43,247 nucleotides of DNA from Parcubacteria bacterium OLB19. GTDB lineage: Bacteria > Patescibacteriota > Minisyncoccia > Phycocordibacterales > UBA918. The notes under the pieces are model-generated. The model was given only the letters and a program-made list of their open reading frames with translations. It searched no databases and was not told the origin of the DNA. This document shows positions 21,451 to 29,520 of this stretch, piece after piece (within the stretch, counting starts at the first letter, position 1; the number at the start of each line of letters is the position of its first letter). The stretch lies in the NCBI GenBank assembly GCA_001567365.1, contig JZEL01000014.1:1-43247 (forward strand). Reading direction: 5' to 3'. The position numbers were made by a program, and so were the translations under genes.

Positions 21451-22200
21451 ATGAAGACAAATGAAGAATCGTTACAAAAAAGTCTTATTGAATTTGGATT
21501 ATCTGAAAAAGAAGCCAGAGTCTATTTAGTGGCTCTGGGTCTGGGTGCAACCACTATTCTCAAATTAACTAGACTTTCTGGTTTAAAAAGACCAACTGTT
21601 TATACGATTGTCGAATCCTTAACAAAAAAGGGGCTTTTTGGCATTGAAATTTTTGGTTTAAAAAAGACTTATCGTGCAGAAAACCCTAATCGTTTAGAGG
21701 CTATATTCGATCAAAAGAAACAAGAATTAGCTAGAAATCTACCAATCTTGCAAGATCTTTATTTAAAAGATAAAAGTGATTCTTTTATTCGTTACTATGA
21801 AGGGTTAGAAGCTGTAAAATTGGTGTATGAAGAAATATTGGAGACAGTGAATTCGGGAGATGATTATATGGTTATCGGTAATCAGGAAGAATGGCTATCT
21901 TTAGATAAAAAGTTCTTTATAAAATTTATTGAAAAAAGAGCTAGGCTTAATTTAAATATCAGGTTATTGTTTCAAGATTCGAATATAGCCCGTGAACATC
22001 AGAAATTTGAGAAGAATTATAATGAAAAAATAAAAGTTTTACCACCAGAAACAACCTTAACAACAAACCTAGTTATAACCAGTGATAGAGTGATTATTCA
22101 CCAACTAACTAACCCTGTTTCTGCAATCGTGATTCAGAATAAAAATGTAGCTAGAATGAATAAGGAGATGTTTGAAATTATGTGGAAAGCCACTGTTTAA
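21451..22200 (+). CDS. TrmB-family transcriptional regulator
   Basis: FGLSEKEARVYL...LKRPTVY..L..KGL wHTH; IRYYEG; C-terminal effector domain. Confidence 0.9.
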   Translation: MKTNEESLQKSLIEFGLSEKEARVYLVALGLGATTILKLTRLSGLKRPTVYTIVESLTKKGLFGIEIFGLKKTYRAENPNRLEAIFDQKKQELARNLPILQDLYLKDKSDSFIRYYEGLEAVKLVYEEILETVNSGDDYMVIGNQEEWLSLDKKFFIKFIEKRARLNLNIRLLFQDSNIAREHQKFEKNYNEKIKVLPPETTLTTNLVITSDRVIIHQLTNPVSAIVIQNKNVARMNKEMFEIMWKATV

Positions 22201-22330
22201 AATCGAATTTTTTTAGATACTTATTTCTTACTATCTACGTACATTTTTAATCTGTCAAATAGAAGGTTTTGTGTGTGACGAGTCAGCTATTTTGGAGAGT
22301 TTAATCAATATATTCAATTTCCTAAAATAA

Positions 22331-22576
22331 TTACCTCGGATGTATAATTATAGAAATGATTATGTAATCTGGGTCGATAATATAAAAATAAAATCTATAA
22401 CCTTTATCGATTCTGCCTTGCCAAAGGTCTTCAAAACCTTGGTATTTTTTTATATTTAGGGAAGGATGCTGATGGTTTTCTAGTAAATAGGCAAATTGTT
22501 TATCTGCCTTCCTTTGAATAGACTTTGGTAGAATAAGATATTGCCTAATAGCTTTTTCGCTAAGCCTTATTTTCAT
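22331..22576 (-). CDS. RelE/ParE-superfamily toxin
   Basis: HPSLNIKK...LWQGRIDKGYRFYF; ATGA overlap with the antitoxin. Confidence 0.8.
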   Translation of the reverse strand: MKIRLSEKAIRQYLILPKSIQRKADKQFAYLLENHQHPSLNIKKYQGFEDLWQGRIDKGYRFYFYIIDPDYIIISIIIHPR

Positions 22577-22827
22577 AATGGTTTTAGTTTCTTATGAAAT
22601 TCATCAATTGAACCAAATTCAATAAATTTACCTTTTTTTATATCATTCAAACTTTCTTTTATATCCTTAGCTAATTCAGTGTCTTGTGAAGAAAATTGTG
22701 GTTCTAAAATAATTCTATTTCCCGATAATTCGATATGTAACACTTGTCCTTCTTCAATCGCTAGGAGGTCGCGTAATTTTTTGGGTAAGGTGATGAGTCC
22801 ACGTTGTTGAAGCTTAATCGTATTCAC
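22573..22827 (-). CDS. AbrB/MazE-type antitoxin
   Basis: RGLITLPKKLRDLLAIEEG...IILEP. Confidence 0.85.
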   Translation of the reverse strand: MNTIKLQQRGLITLPKKLRDLLAIEEGQVLHIELSGNRIILEPQFSSQDTELAKDIKESLNDIKKGKFIEFGSIDEFHKKLKPL

Positions 22828-22932
22828 ATTTTCAGTATTTTGTAAACGAATACATTTTAGATTGTTACCATCCTAATACCTTGAAAATTAAGCCTATAAA
22901 GGCTATACTGCGGGGATATTTAAGTATTTAGT

Positions 22933-23538
22933 ATGAAAAAATTACCACATCAAGAGCGAACTTTTATTATTTTAAAGCCTGATACTGTCCAGCGTGGTCT
23001 GGTGGGTGAGGTGATAAAGCGAATTGAACGGACTGGTCTTAAGTGTACCGCTATGAAAATGTTTGTGCCGGATGAAGAACGTTTGGTAAAGCACTATAAC
23101 AAGACTGATGAGTGGTTCCTAAAGAAAGGCACAAATGTAGTAAATGATTTAATGTCTCAAGGTTTACCGATAACCAAAGAACCAATTGAGTATGGTCGCG
23201 ATATTATTCGTACCATTGTGAAATATATGACAGCCGGACCGGTTGTGGCTATGGTTTGGGAAGGAAATCAGTCGGTACAAGTGGTAATGAAGGTGGTGGG
23301 AACTACCGAACCATCTACTTCTGATGTTGGTACTATTCGTGGTGATTATACTATTGATTCTTATGGACATGCTTCATACGAGAATCGTGCAGTACGAAAT
23401 TTAGTGCATTGCTCTGATGCTCCAGCTGAAGCTGAGCGTGAAATCGCTATTTGGTTTAAGGAAGATGAAATAATGAAGTACACAACTGCTCAAGAAAGAA
23501 TTCTCTACGATGTAAACTTAGACGGAGAAGGGGAATAG
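22933..23538 (+). CDS. ndk: nucleoside diphosphate kinase
   Basis: ERTFIILKPDTVQRG; GTIRGD; RNLVHCSD. Confidence 0.96.
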   Translation: MKKLPHQERTFIILKPDTVQRGLVGEVIKRIERTGLKCTAMKMFVPDEERLVKHYNKTDEWFLKKGTNVVNDLMSQGLPITKEPIEYGRDIIRTIVKYMTAGPVVAMVWEGNQSVQVVMKVVGTTEPSTSDVGTIRGDYTIDSYGHASYENRAVRNLVHCSDAPAEAEREIAIWFKEDEIMKYTTAQERILYDVNLDGEGE

Positions 23539-23550
23539 TTTTAAAAATAC

Positions 23551-23583
23551 CAAAGAGGCGCGGGCGAAGCCCGCGCCTCTTTG
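23551..23583. terminator. 15-bp perfect hairpin with cGAAg loop
   Basis: CAAAGAGGCGCGGGC-GAA-GCCCGCGCCTCTTTG. Confidence 0.8.
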
Positions 23584-23624
23584 ATTATCAATTGCCAAAA
23601 TAAAAACTTGGTAGTACCATATTA

Positions 23625-23775
23625 AAGGAACCACAAATAACGTATGTTCCGATTAAACATTTATGCAGGGTTGCCAGCAGTCGCAAGAGGCCATGAGAAC
23701 TCGCAAGAGATTTCAGACACCGCTTGGAAATGGTACCCACCTGGGATTCCTAGGAGCATACGTGGTGGTTCCCTT
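23625..23775 (+). ncRNA. ssrS: probable 6S RNA
   Basis: Promoter TTGCCA(23592)-17-TACCAT; rod-like pairing GGAACCAC/GTGGTTCC, CGTATGTTCC/GGAGCATACG, GGGTTGCCA/TGGTACCC around an unpaired bubble; 6S-like ACATTT and ACCCACCTG motifs; terminator at 23782-23805. Confidence 0.65.
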
Positions 23776-23831
23776 GAAAGTACGCCTCTTTATGAGGTGT
23801 TTTTTCATGCTTTTTAGGGTAATATAGACGT

Positions 23832-24213
23832 ATGAAGACTCATTTTGGACTAATTTTGTTTAGTTTATGGTTTGTTTTGGCTGTATTCCATGGTTTTTTC
23901 ACTATTTCATGGTTGTATTGGTATTACACTTGGCTTGATATACCAATGCATTTGTTTGGGGCTTTTTTGGTAATGGCCACTTTGGTTCTATCTCAGTCAG
24001 AAAGCGTGGTTGTCTGAATTATTTAAAAAACCCATTCTAAATCCAATTTTTATACTAATAGTTATAATGGTGCTTTGGGAAATTTATCAAATATTATCCG
24101 GTAAACCAATTTCCAGTAATTATGTAACTGATACTAGAATGGATCTGGTGGTCGGTTTTATTGGTGGAATATTAGGTTATTTTTTGTTTTCTTCACGTAC
24201 AATAGGAAAATAG
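23832..24213 (+). CDS. membrane protein (DUF2238/VanZ-like D..MH...WE...DT..DL pattern), frameshifted near 23981
   Basis: Removing one T at 23981-23983 joins WLDIPMHLFGAFLVMAT-WFYLSQKAWLSELFKK...LWEIYQ...DTRMDL. Confidence 0.65.
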
Positions 24214-24216
24214 AAT

Positions 24217-25578
24217 ATGAAATCAACTCTAGGTTTTTATGGTGGTGTTGGATCGGTAACGGGAGCAAATTTTATGCTCGACACCGGTGATCTGGCAATT
24301 TTGGTGGATTGCGGTTTGGTGCAAGGTGACAAATTTGCTATGGAGAAAAATGCAGAAGTTTTTGTTTACGATCCAAAAGCTGTAGATATTCTTTTGGTTA
24401 CTCATGCTCATGCAGATCATATTGGGAGAATTCCCAAACTCGTCCGTGATGGTTTTTCTGGAAAAATTTATAGTACCCATCCCACCAAAGAACTGGCTGG
24501 AGTAATGATGCGCGATGCGTTGAAGGTAATGCAATATGAAGCCAATAAGTTCGGACAAGAAGTTTTATATGAGGAAAAAGATATCGATACATGCCTTAAT
24601 CTTTGGCAAACTGTAGGTTACGAGGAAAAATTTACTTTAGGAACCGATATTAAGGCGTGGTATACAGATGCTGGTCATATATTAGGTTCAGGTATGATTC
24701 ATTTGGTGCGTGGAGATAAAAAAATTGTCTTTACGGGTGATGTGGGTAATGTACCACAACCTCTTTTGCGTGCCCCTATCATTCCCAAAGATTACGATTA
24801 TTTAGTGATGGAAAGTGTTTATGGTGATCGCTTGCATGAGGAAGTGGCAGAGAGAACAGCTCTACTTCGGCATTATATTGAAGAAGCTAGGTCTAAGAAC
24901 GGTACTTTGATAATACCAGCTTTTTCGTTAGAGCGTACACAAGCGATGTTGTTTGAAATCAACAATATGGTAGAAGCGGGAGATATTGAACCTCTACCAG
25001 TGTTTTTAGATTCACCACTAGCTATTACTGTAACGGGAATTTATCGCAAATATACATCATATTTGCGACCGGAAATTCAAAATCAAATCAAGAATGGTGA
25101 TGATATTTTTGATTTTTCTGGTTTAAAAATGACTGATTCAATTAAGGAATCTGAAGCAATTAATAGGCATAAAGGAGCGAAGATAATTATTGCTGGTTCG
25201 GGTATGAGTCATGGTGGTCGGATTCTTCGTCATGAGAAGGAGTATTTAGATGACGCTAACACTATTTTACTTTTGGTGGGTTATCAGTCAGTTGGTAGTG
25301 TTGGACGCTTACTTCAGGATGGCTCTAAAAACTTAGTAATTGATGGAGAAAAGGTTAAGGTGAAAGCTAAAATCGCACAAATTCGCGGTTACTCCGGACA
25401 TGCCGATCGAGATCAGCTTTTAGAATTAGTGGCACATGGTGGTGAAAAAGCCAAGAAGGTATTCGTAGCTATGGGGGAGGAGCGTTCGGCTTTATTTTTA
25501 ACACAAAGAATTCATGATTATTTGGGTATTGATGTAATTGCTCCTGATCTTAACTACGAAGAGGTGATAGAGTTTTAA
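24217..25578 (+). CDS. MBL-fold beta-CASP metallo-hydrolase (RNase)
   Basis: THAHADHIG; AGHILGS; FTGD; MESVYG; YSGHAD. Confidence 0.93.
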   Translation: MKSTLGFYGGVGSVTGANFMLDTGDLAILVDCGLVQGDKFAMEKNAEVFVYDPKAVDILLVTHAHADHIGRIPKLVRDGFSGKIYSTHPTKELAGVMMRDALKVMQYEANKFGQEVLYEEKDIDTCLNLWQTVGYEEKFTLGTDIKAWYTDAGHILGSGMIHLVRGDKKIVFTGDVGNVPQPLLRAPIIPKDYDYLVMESVYGDRLHEEVAERTALLRHYIEEARSKNGTLIIPAFSLERTQAMLFEINNMVEAGDIEPLPVFLDSPLAITVTGIYRKYTSYLRPEIQNQIKNGDDIFDFSGLKMTDSIKESEAINRHKGAKIIIAGSGMSHGGRILRHEKEYLDDANTILLLVGYQSVGSVGRLLQDGSKNLVIDGEKVKVKAKIAQIRGYSGHADRDQLLELVAHGGEKAKKVFVAMGEERSALFLTQRIHDYLGIDVIAPDLNYEEVIEF

Positions 25579-25580
25579 GG

Positions 25581-25619
25581 TTTATAAAACCACCCGCTGT
25601 AGGCGGGTGGTTTTATAAA
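25581..25619. terminator. bidirectional terminator, 17-bp stem
   Basis: TTTATAAAACCACCCGC-TGTAG-GCGGGTGGTTTTATAAA. Confidence 0.8.
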
Positions 25620-25632
25620 TGATGTGTGATGA

Positions 25633-25977
25633 TTATTTCACGCTTTCAACTAAGCGAGAGAAAGCTTCTGGTCGATCCTTAGCCATAGTAGCTAGAACCT
25701 TTCGATCAATCTCAATATTCTTAGTCTTAAGTTGATTAATGAAACGACTGTACTTTAAACCAAGTGCCATCAAAGCAGCGTTGATGCGTACTGTCCAAAG
25801 ACGACGGAAGTCATTCTTTTTGTCCTTGCGGTGAGCAAAGGCATGTAGTTGTGCGTGATAAATAGCTTCACGAGCCACACGCTTTTTCTTTGAACGTTGT
25901 AGACGGTATCCTTTTACTTCATCAAGAATATTTCTTCGTCTTTTTTGGGCCATTAGACCACCTTTTACTCTTGCCAT
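25633..25977 (-). CDS. rplT: 50S ribosomal protein L20
   Basis: MARVKGG...FRRLWTVRINAA...IDRKVLA. Confidence 0.98.
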   Translation of the reverse strand: MARVKGGLMAQKRRRNILDEVKGYRLQRSKKKRVAREAIYHAQLHAFAHRKDKKNDFRRLWTVRINAALMALGLKYSRFINQLKTKNIEIDRKVLATMAKDRPEAFSRLVESVK

Positions 25978-26005
25978 ACTTTTTTAAATTATTGATAAAT
26001 TAGGA

Positions 26006-26197
26006 CTACGCACCAGTGTTTGGTAGGAAGCGACGGGTAATGCGCTTGCCAAGTGTAAGTAGCTGAGTACGCTTGCGTCGTAGGCGTTGTTGGCCTGTTT
26101 GACGGGCGTTGAAGTGGTTTTGTCCAGGCTTCCTAGCTACCAACTTACCGTTCTTTGTTACCTTTATGCGCTTTGTGTATGATTTATTTGTCTTCAT
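26006..26197 (-). CDS. rpmI: 50S ribosomal protein L35
   Basis: MKTNKSYTKRIKVTKNGK...GQNHF; start 26197; own TTGACA-17-TATAGT promoter upstream. Confidence 0.92.
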   Translation of the reverse strand: MKTNKSYTKRIKVTKNGKLVARKPGQNHFNARQTGQQRLRRKRTQLLTLGKRITRRFLPNTGA

Positions 26198-26333
26198 AAT
26201 TAATTGCTTTCTAGAGCGAAGTGTCGCAACTATAGCGTATCCCAACCACTCTGTCAAAGCCTTAAATGGCTTTTAAGTGAGACTAAATCATACCTGCTTC
26301 CAGCAAGTCGTCAAGGCTCTTTTTTTGGATTTA

Positions 26334-26951
26334 TTAGTAGCGGTTTCCTCTGTGTTTTGGACTTTTTTTAGCTTCACTTTTAATGGTTTTTGGTGCAGAT
26401 TGAGTTTTGCTTTGTCCGGTCACTCGTTCAAGGGTAATAGTAAATCCTTTAGGGCTTCTCTTGATTTCATCAGCTACTTTATATTCAGTTGGAATAATTT
26501 TTAGAAAACGATCCAATCTTTCCTTAAGAAAAGCTTCTTCCATGAATTTATAACGTCCCCACAAGAAAAGGTCGATTTTTACACGATGACCTTCCTCTAG
26601 CCATTCGGCTGTTCTTTTAGCTTTAAGTTGTTGGTCGTGTTCACCGGTGCCAATTTTTACTTGCACACTTTTAGTTTCGGTGACATGTGATTTGGCCTTA
26701 ACTTCACGCGCCTTTCGGCTGGTTTGGTAGCGATATTTACCAAAATCCATAATCTTAGCTACTGGAGGATTAGCGTTTGGTGAAATTTCAATTAAATCCA
26801 GACCATGTGATTCGGCTATTTTAAGTGCTTCCGACACGCTCAAAAGACCTAGGTTCTCACTTTCTGGTCCGATGACACGTAGTTGATCAGCTTTAATGGC
26901 GTGATTAATGCGAGTCTTGATTTGCTTTGGAATAATATTTTGTTTTGACAA
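26334..26951 (-). CDS. infC: translation initiation factor IF-3, non-ATG start uncertain
   Basis: RINHAI...LDLIEISPNANPPVAKIMDFGKY; no 5' in-frame ATG, only ATA/ATT/TTG. Confidence 0.96.
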   Translation of the reverse strand: MSKQNIIPKQIKTRINHAIKADQLRVIGPESENLGLLSVSEALKIAESHGLDLIEISPNANPPVAKIMDFGKYRYQTSRKAREVKAKSHVTETKSVQVKIGTGEHDQQLKAKRTAEWLEEGHRVKIDLFLWGRYKFMEEAFLKERLDRFLKIIPTEYKVADEIKRSPKGFTITLERVTGQSKTQSAPKTIKSEAKKSPKHRGNRY

Positions 26952-27160
26952 GAAAATTTGGCTTATTGAATAAAATAATTTTTGAGATGTGCCTAGATTT
27001 ATTATGTGAAACCCCCAACATTAGGCAACTATTGGTAACAAAAATCTACCATAAAAACGTAATAAAGCAAATACTTTTTAACAGATTAAAAGCTTTTTTC
27101 TGGATAACTGTCAATTATTGATGGTTAACTGTACTTTTAATGTTATAATTCCAAGCAACG

Positions 27161-27826
27161 ATGCCTAGAATAAGTACAAAGGATACCGAAGACACACCAA
27201 AGCGTGCTCCACGCCGGCAAGTTGTGCGTAAAACTTCCACCAGAACCAGAAAGGCGGGAGTTGTTGCTAGTTCTAATACTGTGACGGAAGAGAGAGTTGA
27301 TGATGTGCCGACAAGAAAGGCGCCAGCTATTTCCTTGGAGCGTCGGGCTGGTTTTCGTCCGTCACGTAAGATGGTAGCTTTTGGTGGTGTGTTTGTGACT
27401 GTTTTAGCAACAGCAATTTGGATTGGTACTTCAGATAATGGTCAGATCAATGTGGCGTCAAAGATAGAAGAAAGAAATGCACAGATTGCTAATGGTGAAT
27501 TTACTAGTGACAATTCTTCTGGAACTAATGGAAATCAAATCATTCCAGTGCAAAGTGGCACACCGACCGTACCAAATGGTGGACTTAAAGGTAGAGGAGT
27601 TGGTTCTGCTAACGCTACTCAACAAGCCTCTGTAGTGACTGCTAGTACAACAGAAGCAACAGCTAGTAGCACCGAAGCCACTTCCACCGAGGCGGTAGGG
27701 GAAACTGAAACTCAAAATGAAACATCAACTGGTGATGTTAATACGGAGAATGAATCAAATAATCAAGAGGCTAATACCGAAAATAGTGGTGGTGAGGGGG
27801 TAAATTCTGATGCACCACAGAGTTGA
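27161..27826 (+). CDS. hypothetical single-pass membrane protein with basic N-terminus and acidic Thr/Ser-rich tail
   Basis: One TM helix; ASTT/ASST/ATST repeats; TATAAT upstream. Confidence 0.75.
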   Translation: MPRISTKDTEDTPKRAPRRQVVRKTSTRTRKAGVVASSNTVTEERVDDVPTRKAPAISLERRAGFRPSRKMVAFGGVFVTVLATAIWIGTSDNGQINVASKIEERNAQIANGEFTSDNSSGTNGNQIIPVQSGTPTVPNGGLKGRGVGSANATQQASVVTASTTEATASSTEATSTEAVGETETQNETSTGDVNTENESNNQEANTENSGGEGVNSDAPQS

Positions 27827-27862
27827 GTTAAAAGCCCCGAAGGCGTAGCCTTCGGGGCTTTT
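27788..27862 (+). repeat. direct repeat copy 1 (3' end of upstream gene plus terminator)
   Basis: 27788-27840 identical to 29365-29417; hairpin AAAAGCCCCGAAGGC-GTA-GCCTTCGGGGCTTTT. Confidence 0.95.
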
Positions 27863-27895
27863 GTTTAAAATCACCCTTTATTACACTGAACCACC

Positions 27896-29380
27896 ATGTT
27901 AAAATCCCCACATATGAACCACATAACCAATATCTTCACCATCTTCTTCTTCATCCTCACTCTCTTCACCCTCACCCCTAACACCACCAACGCTCAATCC
28001 TTCACCACCAACGACTTCATTACTACTTGGGACACTGAAAACACTGGTACCTCAGCTAATAACCAAATCACCATCCCTGGTACTGGAGCTGGGTACAGCT
28101 ACTCTATCTATTGGGAATCACTCTCTAGCTCTACTGCTACTGGTACTATTGCTACTTCTACTTCCGCTTCTCAGACCATTACTTTCCCTGAACCCGGAGA
28201 ATACAAGGTAGCTATTAAAGGTACCTATCCTCGTTTATTCTTCTTTAATAATGGAGATAAGCTCAAGATTCTTACGGTAGAACAATGGGGGAGTAATTTA
28301 TGGACTAGTATGGCGGGAGCGTTCTATGGTTGTGCTAACTTGACAGTGCCAGCGACGGATGCACCAGATTTGAGTGGAGTGACTGGTACTACACCATCTA
28401 TTTCTAGTATGTTTAGGGGAGCTACTTCCTTTAATCAATCTATTAACCACTGGGTGATAACGAGTAATATACGCGATTTGGGTTCAATGTTTCGTGATGC
28501 AACTTCCTTTAATCAACCATTGGATAATTGGAATATATCACATATAACTAATTTTAGTTATATGTTTGATGGTGCAACGTCCTTTAATCAAGACATAACC
28601 GGCTGGGATACTTCTAATGTTACAACAATGAGAAGTATGTTTAGCAACGCTACCGCCTTCGATCAAGATCTCTCTACTTGGGATGTCTCTAGTGCTACTC
28701 CAAGTTCTACCCCTGTATTTATGAACGGCCTCGAAAACATGTTCTTCAACGCCGGCCTCTCCCAATCCAACCTCGACTCCACCCTCACCGCCTGGTCTGG
28801 TCAATCCCTAAACCAGAACGTACCCTTCCACCTCGGCCTTAAAACATACAGTCAAACCGGTCAATCCGCTCTCAACGTTCTCCGTAATACATACAACTGG
28901 ACTATCACTGAACAATACCAAGCCACCTATGAAGAAGGTAATGGCTACACCTTAAGTGGTACCACCACCCAAACCCACGTTAGTCACGGTAGCACCACCA
29001 CCCCAGTCGAAGTCATCCCCGATGACAACTGTGTCTTTGAAGGTTGGAGTGATGATATCACCACTAACCCTAGAACCGACACCCTAACCGACAACCTCAC
29101 TGTCACCCCCATTGTCACCTGTCACACCAATTCCAGTGGTAGCAGTGCTAAAACCAGACACCAGAAACTATTAGAATACGGCAATACCGCTGAGGCGGAA
29201 GCTGTTAAAGATAAATGCCTCAATCCCACCAATTCTAATACCTCATCTTTAGAAACCGCTATTACTACCATTACCACCCTTGCTACCAATCCTGTTATTA
29301 CCAATAACCCACAAACTAGACAACAACTAATCTCTATATTGCAACAGTTAGTACAGATATTGGAGGTGGTGAGGGGGTAA
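27896..29380 (+). CDS. BspA-like/DUF285 surface protein with InlB B-repeat-like domain
   Basis: Signal peptide; FITTWDT; VEQWG; repeated MF.GATSFNQ.I..W..S.VT; VFEGWSD...NPRTD. Confidence 0.88.
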   Translation: MLKSPHMNHITNIFTIFFFILTLFTLTPNTTNAQSFTTNDFITTWDTENTGTSANNQITIPGTGAGYSYSIYWESLSSSTATGTIATSTSASQTITFPEPGEYKVAIKGTYPRLFFFNNGDKLKILTVEQWGSNLWTSMAGAFYGCANLTVPATDAPDLSGVTGTTPSISSMFRGATSFNQSINHWVITSNIRDLGSMFRDATSFNQPLDNWNISHITNFSYMFDGATSFNQDITGWDTSNVTTMRSMFSNATAFDQDLSTWDVSSATPSSTPVFMNGLENMFFNAGLSQSNLDSTLTAWSGQSLNQNVPFHLGLKTYSQTGQSALNVLRNTYNWTITEQYQATYEEGNGYTLSGTTTQTHVSHGSTTTPVEVIPDDNCVFEGWSDDITTNPRTDTLTDNLTVTPIVTCHTNSSGSSAKTRHQKLLEYGNTAEAEAVKDKCLNPTNSNTSSLETAITTITTLATNPVITNNPQTRQQLISILQQLVQILEVVRG

Positions 29381-29437
29381 ATTCTGATGCACCACAGAGT
29401 TGAGTTAAAAGCCCCGAGGCGTAGCTTCGGGGCTTTT
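29365..29437 (+). repeat. direct repeat copy 2, containing the BspA stop codon and terminator
   Basis: Same as copy 1 except one base deleted in each hairpin arm. Confidence 0.95.
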
Positions 29438-29520
29438 AACTTCTTTACGCGGATTTTTAGCTTTAGTAAACTACATTTATCTGTTATAATCGGCGGATAT
29501 TTATTTAATGATAATTCGGC

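Noticed and set aside
28400-28690. Periodic repeats as a CRISPR array or DGR template
   Set aside because: They are degenerate in-frame DUF285 coding repeats; there is no spacer structure, cas gene, reverse transcriptase or adenine-specific variant pair.
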